A stretch of 64,000 nt of DNA from Octopus sinensis (GCF_006345805.1 NC_043009.1:4340001-4404000); one strand, 5' to 3'; shown: positions 26,311-39,544, counted from the stretch's first letter. A program made the numbers and translations. Notes: generated from the letters alone by a model not told the origin.

Positions 26311-26349
26311 GGTATTGAATAACTAGGCTATATAGCTTTATGTATCTTT

Positions 26350-26778
26350 CGTTTACTTGTTTCGACGATCCAGTTGCGGCGGCCATGTGCGACCACCACA
26401 TTGAGGGGAATAGTCTAGTGAATCAACCTAATTACTATTTTTTCTTAAGTCTAATACTTATTCCATCGGACAGTTTTTGCCGAACTGCTAATTTACGGTG
26501 ATGTAAACAAACCAACACAAGTTGTCAAGCGATGATGTTGGACAAACACAAGACTCGTACATAGATTCCTACATACGTATACACACACACATAAATGCGT
26601 GTGTGCGTGTGTGTGTGTGTACCTTACGGGCTTCTTTCAATTTCCGTCTACCAAATTCACTCACAAAGATTTCGTTGGTTCTGAACTACAGTAGATGATA
26701 CTTTCCCGAAGTGCCATGCACCGAGACTGAAACCGGAACTATGTGGTTAGGAAGTAAACATCTTATCACACGGCCACG
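26350..26778 (-). mobile_element. SINE family A, diverged full length
   Basis: Tail, internal (CA/TG) tract, TTTCCGTCTACCAAATTCACTCACAA and head are all recognisable. Confidence 0.8.
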
Positions 26779-27047
26779 ACACGGAATAAATTCAACAGTA
26801 TTGCTTAACTCTTATTTCATCTTCCGACTCCTCGAAATCACTCTTTTTCCAGTGTTGTAGTCATTGATCTCTTATTTACTCTTCCATTGGTATTGAGTAG
26901 TCTTTAAACACTAGTATCTTCTTTTACATTCTGAAAGTTTTACTATTTCTACGTATATTTCTCCTTCACCCTTCCTTACAACCACCACCCACACTCCACA
27001 CTCTCTCTCATACATACACACACACATACACACACACACACACACAC

Positions 27048-27078
<31 letters not shown>

Positions 27079-27726
27079 GTGTGTGTGTGCGTGTGTGTAC
27101 AGACACATACACGAATGTGAATATCTAAGAATTGGGTGTCATATTTAAATATCTGTATGTGTATGTATATATATATATAATAACAAAATAATAAATAAAA
27201 CATATGCATATATACATACATTTATGTACATACCTACATCTATATGTATATATACACATTCATATATATAGATACAGGACACCAAATATATATATACATA
27301 TACATATTCTTGTGTTTGGCAAGTGTAATAAATTGCCGGGCGACAGAAATATCACAACGAATATAAAACTAATGAGGAGGCATTGACTTTAATATACAGT
27401 TCTTATGACGTTAGTTAAGTTTATGGCAGTCACTTAATCTCACCGTTGGTTACCAAATTATGAGAAAACAGCAGGATATTGTTATTTTCAGCGAACATTT
27501 GCGAAAAGTATATTCCTTTCTTTTTATTCTTTAACTGATTTTTGTCACTGAAGTGCGGCCATGCTGTGGAATCCGTCTTATCGACTCCACTATTTATTTC
27601 GGTGCGATACTTCATGGTACTACTTTTATCGATCCCTCTTTATCAAAAGCTAAGTTATTTTTATGTGAAAGGACGTAACGAAATGCAATGAAGTCTTGCC
27701 AGCATACACAGTCTTAGCCACACGCC

Positions 27727-27867
<141 letters not shown>

Positions 27868-27869
27868 CA

Positions 27870-28186
27870 GAGCCTTGTGAGTGGATCTGGTAGACGGAAA
27901 CTGAAAAAAGCCCGTCGTATATATATATATATATATGTGTGTGTGTATGTGTGTGTGAGTGTGTGTGTATGTTTGTGTGTCTGTGATTGTCCTACCCCCA
28001 ACATCGTGTGACAACCGATGTGAGTGTGTTTAGGTCCCCGTAACTTAGAGGTTCGGCAAAAAGAGACAGATAGAATAAGTACGAGGCTTACAAAGAGTAA
28101 GTCCTGGGGTCGATTTGCTCGACCAAATGCGGTGCTCCTGCATGGCCACAGTCAAATGACTGAAACAAGTAAAAGAGTAAAAGAGA

Positions 28187-28187
<1 letters not shown>
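27870..28187 (+). mobile_element. SINE family A, 5'-truncated
   Basis: AGCCTTGTGAGTGGATCTGGTAGACGG through the tail. Confidence 0.9.
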
Positions 28188-28218
<31 letters not shown>

Positions 28219-28389
28219 ATGTATATATGCTCCCTCCACATGCACCATGCACTCACATATAAATGCACTAAACTACCACTCTGTTACCCTGTGTAATGTT
28301 CCTAATAAAACCAGAATCACTGAAATCGAAGCATTTTCGCCTTTTCCCAACATATTTTTATCAATGAGGTGCAACTATTTTTCTGATCC

Positions 28390-29000
28390 TAGCAATTTTC
28401 TGTTATCTGCTCGTATGCTGTGAATTGAGACGATTCTGCTTAAACTAACAATATTTAACAAGTAATAGACTGAACAGATGCCTCCTCAGATATTTCTTAC
28501 TTCAAATATTTCTCAGATCTATATCAAATCCTGCCAATGTTGCTTTATACGTATCATATTATATACTGGAGCCTTCGTGGCTGTTTTTTTTTTTTTTTAG
28601 AGAAATTTGCATCGCAACAACGCCATATTCTAGGATCCTCTTCGTTGAAGTTTATCCCGGGTAAAGGGACTCACACTATAATCATAGGCAGAATATACCC
28701 TCGTGAGTAAAATCTAGGAATCAAAGACTGCTTGGAAACCTATTGGAAACCTTTTTGGATAAATCGCTGTTGTTTTTCAGAAAGATATTTAACCTGTCCC
28801 TTCCTTTGGTTTAACATCACTCCACTTAAAAATTGGCCATTGTGTAACTCTAACGAAATCCAGTTTGATTTAAACTTTTAAACCGGGTTTGCTTATAAGC
28901 TATTCTATTCCTGCCACCAATGTTGAATCCTATGAACAATGCCTCGGACATAGCCCCTATTTCGATTACCATAAAATTGCTGTATATTAAGGTAATAGTT
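28390..29000 (-). mobile_element. Possible highly decayed RTE-like reverse transcriptase remnant
   Basis: Minus-strand fragments GFNIGGRN (cf. GIKIGGRNINNLRYADD), CES, KRI and RADNRK occur in the expected order. No long ORF. Confidence 0.25.
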
Positions 29001-29419
29001 CATTCCATCATACAATTCAGTAATATATACACTGTATCAAACCCATACACTTACGACATTATTTGCATATCATTTTATATTATATTACTGATGAGGTCTA
29101 ATTTATGCTGTAGAATATCATTACCCCATATTGCTAATGAGGGTAAAGTCTATAAAATTGTGTTCAACATATCTGATTGAAGCAGACTGCTATAAAAATA
29201 TCCTGTAAACGTAATATATCAAGTCACAGATTATTATGTGTGTGCGTGTGTATGTGAGTGTATGGGTGTGTATGAGTGTGTGTGTGCTTCAAAATGTATC
29301 GTTATAACATACCAAGTCGCGCACAAAACCACCTTTATGCATATACATGAGTCACCTCATTACAGAGAGGGAAATCGTATGTACGTGTGTGTTTGATTGT
29401 GTATGTGGTACACATACCT

Positions 29420-29450
<31 letters not shown>

Positions 29451-29644
29451 TATAGGTATGAAATGAAGTCGCTGAGAATTGTGATTTGCGAACGTGTAAC
29501 TAATGAAGATTCAGTCTATATATAAAGATACCTTTGTATCTAATCAAATTCAACAGGTTATGAATATATGCATATATATCAAACTAAATCGCGAATAATA
29601 AACGAAGATGATAACAATAACAACAAGTGACTGTTGTTGTTGAT

Positions 29645-29684
<40 letters not shown>

Positions 29685-29942
29685 CAGTAGCAGCAGCAGC
29701 AGCAGTAATGACAGTATATATATATATTTTTTAAACTAATGGAGCCTTACGTTGTAGAGTAAGCCATCTCGCATATAGTATCTCATCTCATAAATTTAAG
29801 TGCATGGTGCGAGCATGTGTGAGTGTGTGTGTATGTGTGTGTGTGTATGTGTGTGTGTGTGTATGTGTGTGTTTGGTGTACTATGCACTTACGTATATTA
29901 ATTCTATATCAATTCATTTATGAATCTATGTATGTATGTCTC

Positions 29943-29983
<41 letters not shown>

Positions 29984-30892
29984 TATTATTAAAATATATC
30001 GGTGAGGAATTGGTGTTTTATGCAAACGTTGCTCATAGAAATTTTGTTAGTTTCCAGACTAACTGAAGTATGTAATGAAACTAAAATACTTGTAAAAGAT
30101 ATTGCTCTTTGAAGATCAATCGATCGATTGAGGTCAGAGATTCTGAAATAATTTCCTATGTAAAATTCGTAGTCGAATCAAACCATAGACCACTGGAATA
30201 TATGTATAATACAAAGTAGATGAATAAAAATAAATACATAATACATAACGAAACAAAATATGATTTATTTTTTGTGTAGTCCATTATTGATCAACATCAA
30301 TAATGCGTACATTATTGTGTACGCATTATTATTGTTAGTTTCACCCTTTTTACTCGTTATAAATCACTCTCTGTTTTGTGTATTTCGCCCGTATAAGTGA
30401 CCTCAAAGTATTGGGCTCTTGCGCGAAATAAAAGGAAATATTGCTGTCTCTTTCATAATCAACTGTATGCAAATTATCCACCGTTTTCGTATTTTGTCAT
30501 TTTAATGTATCCTCATCGGTTGGTCTTGTGGTCTACATGTATATACGATGCGGTGTTGAAATCTTACTGCTTTTAAGGATATTGAACAGGTCTGGCTGGA
30601 GGCCCAACCTTCCCAGTTCTTGTTCAGGGCTTAGAAAAACTGAAAAACGGCTGCAATAAGTGTGTGAATCTGAGAGGGGAATATGTTGAATAAAATCGTA
30701 ATTAATTGATACTCCTGTATTTTCTTTTATCCAAAGCCAGGAGTTTCTCAGCATCCTCTCGGATGTATATAAATCATATATTTGTACTTATTCCACTGCG
30801 CAATATTTGTACTTATTCCACTGCGCAGTCAGCCAATGCTCTCTGAGATAAATTATTGGATGGAACCTGTGCTGAAGCTCTTCGTAAACCTC

Positions 30893-30996
30893 GGCAAAGT
30901 CAACCCCGGCGGAATTTGAACTCAGAACGTAACGGCAGATGAAATACGGCTACGAATTTCGCCCGGCGTGCTAACGTTTCTGCCAGCTCGCCGCCT
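30893..30996 (-). mobile_element. SINE family B 5' part
   Basis: GGCGGAATTTGAACTCAGAACGTAACGGCAG...CTGCCAGCTCGCCGCC. Confidence 0.9.
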
Positions 30997-31654
30997 TGTA
31001 GATAAACAGATAGACAGACAGACAGATGGAGGGGAATCGAAACACACTGACACACGTATTGCCACAAACCTAAATGCGCCTTTACGCTCTGTTTTACACA
31101 CACAAACACACATACACACATACAGACACTTATATATCATACTTGTATAAACACTTACATAAACACCATGATATACGCGCGCTTATAAACCTATTCACAT
31201 ATAAATACCAACTACACAGAAAAACACACGTACACACATTACAACCATACAAATTGAGAAACAACTTTGGGAATTTTGTTAGGGAAACGCAAAAAAAAAT
31301 ATTACAAGTAGAAAACCATGGCTGTTTCCTCGCACCAACACCAGCAACACTACCACCACCACCACCACCACCACCACCACCTCCTCTACTAAAAGCCGCC
31401 ATTAGAAACCGCACCAACGTCCATCTGAGACGATGTTTGCTTTCACCTTTTAAGTGTGTTGTAGAGTGTGTTGTTGTTTTAACCTTGTCTTCCATGAAAG
31501 TCATTTGACGACAATATCAACTCTTTGTGCCTCGTTGTAGCCTACTCCTTTTACTTCGTAGCTGTAACTTATGTCAAACTCGGTGATGATCTATTGCGCC
31601 AGCTGATCAAGACGGACATTTTTTTTACCATTTAAAGAAATAATAATAATAATG

Positions 31655-31708
<54 letters not shown>

Positions 31709-31898
31709 ATAGTAGTAGTAGTAGTGACTACGACGATAAAAACAGTACTAGAGTACAAGAAAGCAAAATACAGACTGTCTAAAAATATGTACTGCGAAAC
31801 TTAAGACTTAATTTTACTTCGCGGTTTAGGTTATATTTCGTTTTTTTTTTGAAAATTTTACTGATGGCATCTTATAATCTAATTTGCGCCCGCACACA

Positions 31899-31946
<48 letters not shown>

Positions 31947-31977
31947 AACACATACACACACGCATGCATGCCTTCTA

Positions 31978-32140
31978 AACACATGGTTCCTGGTTCAGTC
32001 CCGCTGCGCGTCACCTTCAGCAAGTTTATTCTACTACTGCGTGGAACTTTGGACAAGTGTCTTCTACTTATAGCCGCGGGCCGACCAAAGCCTTATGAGT
32101 AGATTTGGTAGACGGAAACAGAAAGAAGCTCGTCGTATAT
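31978..32140 (+). mobile_element. SINE family A 5' half
   Basis: CACATGGTTCCTGGTTCAGTCCC...AGAAGCTCGTCG, ending in the internal (TA)n. Confidence 0.85.
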
Positions 32141-32280
32141 ATATATATATATTATATATATATATATATATATATTATATATTAAGCTAAAATACATGCA
32201 GCTCGAGATTTGAACGCCTAAGATGTAGACAAATTAAAATGAATTTAATGTATCTTATCGTTCTCTTCATACGATATAAT

Positions 32281-32343
32281 AAAGAGATTACCCTGATTTG
32301 TTTCATGGCTGCTTGGCCGCTCTTCAGAGGATAAGTACTCCTT
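32281..32343 (-). ncRNA. Type I hammerhead ribozyme (minimal stem III)
   Basis: Minus strand AAGGAG-TAC-TTATCCT-CTGAAGA-GCGGC(CAAGCA)GCCAT-GAAA-CAAA-TC-AGGGTAA-T-CTCTTT. All core nucleotides are present, with a 7-bp plus 6-bp stem I. Confidence 0.7.
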
Positions 32344-32850
32344 GTCCTTCTGTATACGAAGATAACTTCATAGCAGTCGTTATGCAAATCAGTCACAAAT
32401 TTAGCATTTAGCTGTAAAGGAGAATTACATTTGCATTAATGGATACCATGATTCAATATTATGTAAATATGATGGGTACAGCGTATAACAGAACGTTTTA
32501 GTTAGATTCAAAATAGTAAAAACTCCCACATATAAAATAATCGAATATGAATATATCATATAGTCTCCACACTAAAAAAACAAAGAAAATAATGGAGATT
32601 GCCTTTATATAATTCATGGCTTCATGTCTTGTTGGGCTTTCTTTAGAGAAGCAAATGAAGAGAACTTTACAGCAATCGCTTTTTAACAATAGAAAGATTG
32701 AAAGTAAAAGATTATATTGGAGGGTTTCCAAAATAAAACTGAAATATGCCAAAGTAAATGCTATATGCCATTTCAACGCCCTCTCTCACCCTCTCTGTAT
32801 TGCTCCTATTTCTCCCTCGCTCTCCTCTGTCTGACTCTCTCTCCCCCCCG

Positions 32851-32932
<82 letters not shown>

Positions 32933-33407
32933 TGTATGTATGTATGCATGTATGTATGTATGATGTGTGTATGTCTGAAATTTTTGATGGATTTCAAGCA
33001 TAGTTTTAATAATTCAATAAGTTTCCCAAGAAGTCCATATTCGGAACGACATAAATGACATCGCAAAAAGAAATATTATACGAATCTCACTCAACGCGCG
33101 CGCACACACACAGAGGCCGAGAAACATTTATATAAATTGACATTTAAGCGCGAAACTACCCACTTGTCGGTTATGTGTTACTCTGTATTCAGTGGTCTTG
33201 AAAATAAGAAGGAACAGAAAATGAAGTGCGGGATAAAACATTAGAAGTGTAAACAATTTAAAATATACTCCAATCTATTAATTATTCTCATTCTCTCCAT
33301 CTGTCCGCCTCTCTCTGTTCTCTCTCTCTCTATCTATCTATCTAGATACATGAATGTAGGGTTAAATATTTGGTGCGTTTTGTATGTATGTATAAAACCG
33401 CTCAAAC

Positions 33408-33474
<67 letters not shown>

Positions 33475-33624
33475 CTTGTGTGTATATATATATTTAAAAC
33501 CGAGAGGAAATGAAATAAATGAAAGGGAAGAAATCAAAATGTGGAACTTCTTCTCCCGTCACGTTGAGAAGGGTTACTACTCTGGCGTTGAGATGTAACA
33601 AATGGGGTCATACCCTTCCCCTTA

Positions 33625-33664
<40 letters not shown>

Positions 33665-34057
33665 TCTCCTATATCATTTTGCTTGTCAGCCTCGCAGTCT
33701 TCCTTGTCTTTCTTTGTCACCCTTGTCAGACATGTAGACTGCCTTCTGTTCTCTCTCCTCACCAACATCCAACAAACCAACAAGCCAGCTAACCAGCCGG
33801 TCTGCCAGCCAGCCAGCCACTCAGTCGCCCAATTTCTCTCTCTCCCTCTCTCTCCCTCTCCTCTCTCTCTCCCTCTCCCTCTCTCTCTCTTCTTTCTCTC
33901 TCTCTCTCTCTCGCTCTTTCTCTCCATCTCAAACACGCTGTCTCTGAGTTATAGAAAACAGACCCAGCAAAGAAGTGAGAAAATGGTCAAAGCTCTCCGC
34001 CTATCCATTTCCCAGCTGCTGTGTAACAAACAGAATGGTAAAAGGAAAGAAAGAAAG

Positions 34058-34088
<31 letters not shown>

Positions 34089-34209
34089 TGTGTGAGCGAG
34101 AGAAAGAAAGAGGGAGGTTGAGAAAGAGTTAGACATTCAGTAAAGAAAGACAAAAAGGAAAAGGGTCAGAGTTCATTCGGTTGCATTTCATAAGAAAGGA
34201 GGTGACATA

Positions 34210-34255
<46 letters not shown>

Positions 34256-34460
34256 GTGTGATTGTGGTGGTAGTGGTGATGGTGCGGTGGATATTGATTT
34301 TCTTATTGCTACTGTTGATGTACAAATACTGGCTGTGGTTCCTTTTCCTTATACTGTTTGCTACTGATGTTAATAATTTTGAGAAGTTTACTCAGAGCTG
34401 TCTTCTTTAAATTCATCAAACACTGTACGTTAAGATACTATACTGAACAATAATAAAAAC

Positions 34461-34734
34461 AATGGTTTCAAGTTTTGGAACAGGACTGGCATGTCTTTTT
34501 TTGTTGTTGTTCTGTTGTGTTTTTGTTGGTGGGGGCTGGGATTACATTGACACACCCAGAACTAGACTGGTACTTATTTTATCGACTCTGGCAGAATGAA
34601 ATGCAAAGTCAACTCCTGCCTTTCTTCCCGTCGGTGGTCGATAAAATAAGTACCAGTTGATCACTGGGGTCGATGTAATCGGTTGGCCCTTATCCTCGCT
34701 CGAAACATGCTGGCCTTGGACCAAAATTTGAAAC

Positions 34735-34738
<4 letters not shown>
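34461..34738. repeat. Head-to-head inverted pair of truncated SINE B copies (fold-back)
   Basis: Perfect 21-bp inverted repeat at 34566-34586 / 34637-34657. Outer arms AATGGTTTCAAGTTTTGG and CCAAAATTTGAAACCATT. Confidence 0.85.
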
Positions 34739-34764
<26 letters not shown>

Positions 34765-34765
<1 letters not shown>

Positions 34766-35145
34766 GAGTAGGAGAGCAGTGCATGCCATCAAAGTGACAC
34801 TGGGGCAAAATATACGAAGCCTAGTATACCCATCATGACTACCCGTCTGATAAGGCTACACCAGGCACATGCATCACAACCATATGTGCGTGACATGGTG
34901 ATCTCATATCAAGATAAACAGAGCATGACCTTGCAGGTGGGGCCCAGTTAGAATTTTCTTCTGGTCGAGTAACCCCATCCCTCTCAAAAGGTCCTTGAAT
35001 AAGGATTGTTTAAGGATGTTGAACGAACCACCCATGTTTCCAGAGGTGAATTATCCAAATCTCAAAAAATTTCTTTCAACACACGGCTAAGATGCTCCCC
35101 CACTACGTCTGCTCGTGATCAGAGATGCGCATACCGTCAGCCACT
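34765..35145 (-). mobile_element. Retroposon family D, 3' part with (AAT)n tail
   Basis: Colinear similarity to 53301-53680. Both copies abut an (ATT)n run on the + strand. Confidence 0.8.
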
Positions 35146-35349
35146 ACAGAATGGCATTTGGTAGAATTGATAGGGTATTGCATCACTCCATTAAGTCGCG
35201 GTCCTTTAAGTTCTGTGTTCAAATCTCACAGAGCTCGGATCTGTTTTTCTTCCTCCTTGCATCGCTAAAATGAAAAGCCATTTTATTTCATTATTTTGTG
35301 CGGCTAATACGATTACATAGACACTACTCCACGGTGGTTGCTTAGTTGT

Positions 35350-35699
35350 CAGTCGATAGATCTACCCCAGTACGTAACAAGTTCTTGATTTATCGATCTT
35401 GAAAAGACGAAAGGCAAAGTCGACTTCGGCGGAATTTTAACTCATAGCATAAAGACGGATGAAATACCTATTTCTTTATTACCCACAAGGGGCTAAACAT
35501 AGAGGGGACAAACAAGGACAGACATAGGTATTAAGTCGATTACATCGACCCCAGTGCGTAACTGGTACTTAATTTATCGACCCCGAAAGGATGAAAGGCA
35601 AAGTCGACCTCGGCGGAATTTGAACTCAGAACGTAACGGCAGACGAAATACCGCAAAGCATTTTGCCCGGCGTGATAACGATTCTGCCAGCTCGCCGCC
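35350..35699 (-). mobile_element. SINE family B full unit plus a second headless unit in tandem
   Basis: Minus-strand junction AAAGAAATA|GGTATTTCATCC at about 35457-35477. Confidence 0.9.
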
Positions 35700-36274
35700 T
35701 TGTGATTACCTAGATATTGACAAATACAGAGACTGTCTCTCCCTCTCTCACAAGCACACACAGACATACACTAGCTTTCTCTCCCTTAATTTCTCTCTCT
35801 CTTATTCGTATTTTTTTCTATCCCTCTCATTTACATGCTACTTTGCCTTAACGGGCAAAGGGTATATGTCTGACACCTGTTAATTGCCTTGTCGGTAGTC
35901 TATCTAACTAAACCTAAGTCAGAGGTGAGTTTTTGTCATTTGAGCCGGTAAGAAAATTACAGACCAGCCAGCAAACCAGCCAACCAAACAACCAAACAAC
36001 CAAATATATAACTTTATAAATAAATAAATAAAGGTTAGAAACAGGACTGTACATTTGATATTGATATCATCGTTATCAGCAACGTGGCTAAGTAATGGTA
36101 CCTCAGAAGAGTGTTTTGCATACTAAATGAACGTACGATAAATTCTCAAATGAATTGGACTGAAAAAATGACTTCAACGAACTGCGATTGTTAAAGTAAT
36201 TATTAAACATCTTCAAGGGAAATAATTCTTATACGATCAATTTTTCAAAATTCTACGTCTTTATAAACAATGCA

Positions 36275-36688
36275 GGATCTTTTCGGTTTGAACGGCAGTT
36301 TTTTTTCTAGCGGTGTCATATGAAATTGTCACCCATAATTATGACTCTAGTATCGATCTATTGCATTTCAATCTATTTTTGGGTTAGGGGTGGGGGAAGG
36401 GTATCTTTTTTTCTTCAGAAATGTAAATAAACCCAATCTGTTTCTTAAACGAGGGACATTTTCATACGGCACAGAATGTTTTCACCTCAATAGACGGTCA
36501 TTAATTGGTTGAAATTGCAGAAATTGAAGAAAAAAAGACAACAAATATCTTAAAAAACTATAGAATTTTCTCAATAAAGCCAAGAAAAAAGATGTTTTAT
36601 AAACACATTCTACTAGTATACGAAGTTTAAAAGTGTTTAGTTACGTGGAAATTATTTTAAAAAACTGCCGTTCAAACCGAAAAGATCC
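36275..36688. mobile_element. Merlin-like MITE (414 bp)
   Basis: Perfect 30-bp TIR GGATCTTTTCGGTTTGAACGGCAGTTTTTT and perfect 8-bp TSD ACAATGCA (36267-36274, 36689-36696). GG...CC termini with an 8-bp TSD fit Merlin. Confidence 0.9.
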
Positions 36689-37061
36689 ACAATGCAGACT
36701 GGAGTAGATCTTGGTTTTAAGCTAACTTATGAAAACAACGTATTTCAAACTTATTAGACCTTCTCGATGGAATATATTTTACTCTCTCTCTCTGACCCCC
36801 ATTTTCTCTGATTCTGCACCCCCACTTTCTCTTTCCCTCTCTCTTTTTCTCTCTCACATACACATATATTTATGGAGAGAAATAGTGGATATGGGGATTA
36901 CGTCTGATCATCAATATGTTTGAAATAAAATGCCCCAAAGCAGCAATCTCAACGTTAGATAATATAACGTTAGAGTCTCACATGTAATGTGATGCGTTTT
37001 AAAACGTCCGTTTCCTTGGACTGAAACCTGAACTGTGGTTTCGATACGAACTTCTTAACAG

Positions 37062-37431
37062 CATGGACCGTGTGGTTAAGAAGCTCGCTTTGCAAACATA
37101 TCGATTCGAGTTCAGTCCCACAGCTCTACTACTCTTCTACTATAGCCCCGGGCCGACCAAAGCCTTGTGAGTGGATTTGGCAGACGGAAACTTAAAGAAG
37201 CCCTTCGTATATATGTATGTGTATATGTTTGTGTGTCTGTGTTTGTCTCCCCGACATCGCTTGACAACCGATGCTGGTGTGTTTACGTCCCCGTAACTTA
37301 GCGGTTCGGCAAAAGAGACCGATAGAATAATTACTAGGCTTACAAAGAATAAGTCCTGGGGTCGATTTGCTCGACTAAAGGCGGTGCTCCAGCATGGCCA
37401 TAGTCAAATGACTGAACAAGTAAAAGATTAA
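37062..37431 (+). mobile_element. SINE family A, near full length
   Basis: Head variant plus a well-conserved body and tail. Confidence 0.9.
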
Positions 37432-38130
37432 ACGGAAAGTGAATATATTGCCGTTCTATGTTTCTTCATCTTTTTTGCATGTGGCATTTTCCGTAAATTC
37501 TACCGAAAACGTTGTTTCTCGCATTTGTTTATATAGCATATTTGGAACAGTTGGTGTGTTACTTTCTTTTCGACCTTCTGTTTTTATTAAGTGCTGTTTG
37601 ACACTTTAATATTTTTCTCTTATTATTCGCTTGGATTTTGTTGGAAGGATTGCAAATGAGAGTTCTCCATCGTGTCAATGAAACATTTATTATTAACAAG
37701 GTCAAAACCAGTTTCGCAAATAACAGAATATTACTTCGTTGTAACGTAGAGTTATCATACTCACATATGCATACAGAACGCAGAAAATGGTAAAGAGAGA
37801 GAAAGAGGAAGAGAGACCTGGAGAGAGAGAGAGAGAGAGAGAATAAATGAAAGTGGAACTGAAATAAAGGTGTGAGGTGGCGCTCGAGGATAAAATCAAA
37901 TGGAATTATTTGTCGTTTCTCATAGTCGTTGTTTTGCTCCAAGTTAGATCTGATGGTGTAAACCTTTGATTCCCACCATGGCAGTTCGACATAAACGAAT
38001 GTACATGTATAAGACACACGTATATTATGGCGTATAATTCTTTATTTCTAAGATCATAGAAAATAATTTGATGAATATTTGTTAAATGGCCAGGTAATTA
38101 CATGAAGGCTTTCTCGTATATATAGATATA

Positions 38131-38162
<32 letters not shown>

Positions 38163-38235
38163 TGCTTACGGTTATCAAGTATTCACCCTGAATTTTTTCT
38201 ACCTAACTTATATATATATATATATAAGATATACG

Positions 38236-38385
38236 TATACGACGGGCTTCTTCCAGTTTCTCTCTACCTAACCCACTGAAAAATCTTCTGCCGCCCGAGG
38301 CTATAGTAAAAGACACTTGCCCCTGGTACACAGCAGTGGGACTGGAGTCGGAACCATATTGTCGAGAAGCAAGCTTCTTACCACA
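38236..38385 (-). mobile_element. SINE family A 5' half
   Basis: CGACGGGCTTC...GAGGCTATAGTAAAAGACACTTGCCC...CTTACCACAC. Confidence 0.8.
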
Positions 38386-39503
38386 CACGCACGCATTCAC
38401 ATATATATGTACATGTATGTCTATTGTGCATGGATATACTTTTGTCCTTTTAGTAGCGGTAAATGACATACGATGATGTGACACAGAATCGTTACTTCCC
38501 GAAGAAGGATAGCAAAATTTAAAGATTTTTAAACGCGAATAGCACAATAGAAACTAGATGATGGTTCCTGTTTCGATCAAGAGAAAGAGAAAGTGGAGTA
38601 AAGAGAGAGACAGAGAGAGAGAAAGTATGGAAGTAAAAAAGAGAGACACATAAAGTGAACGAAAGAAAATGAGCGGTATATCTAGTTCAACTTCGTTGGT
38701 TGTTTAAGGCATCTTTAGAGTTCGAGGCTTAAATGGAAAGTTGTCAAGTTTGTGTTTTGTCTTCAGGCTGACGACATTTAAATACATAAATGAAACGAAA
38801 GGTCTTATGTGATTGACCTTGAACGAAAACTAATTATCTTGCTTCATATCTCCTGTACTTCACTATATATTTATATATGTGTGTGTGTTTATGTATGTAT
38901 GTATATCTATGTGCATATATATATATAGATATAGATATATGTATGTATGTATGTATGTATATATGTGCGTATATATATATATATGTATGTATATATATAG
39001 AGAGAGATATATCATGAATAATTGATAGATATAACAGCGATGATGGTGATCAAGTCAGTCGTAGCATTGGTGGTGGTGGTCATGATGAACGGTGGTGTCT
39101 GTGGTAGTGACGATGCTGCTGTTACTGAGGATGATGATGATGATGATGATGATGAGTTTGACGAGGATAATTCGTGATGGTAGCGTTATGATGATCGTTA
39201 TATCGACGGCGGTGGTGATGGAGTGTACGGCGGTGATGACTTTGAGGAAAAAGGAATAGTGATGATGACGATGATGATGATGATGAACTTGGCGATAATG
39301 ACGACAATAGCGACGACGACAACCGTGATGACGTGGATATCTTAGTTGGTAATATTAGAAACTCTAGAATCAGACAATATATTTCGCCCCGTTATCTTCA
39401 ACAGCCGTCAGCACCAGTTTAAACCAAAAGTGTGCCCGGCCTCAAGTTCAACACGGAGTCAAAGAGATAAAACAGGAATTATATACACAAAACACACACA
39501 AAC

Positions 39504-39544
<41 letters not shown>

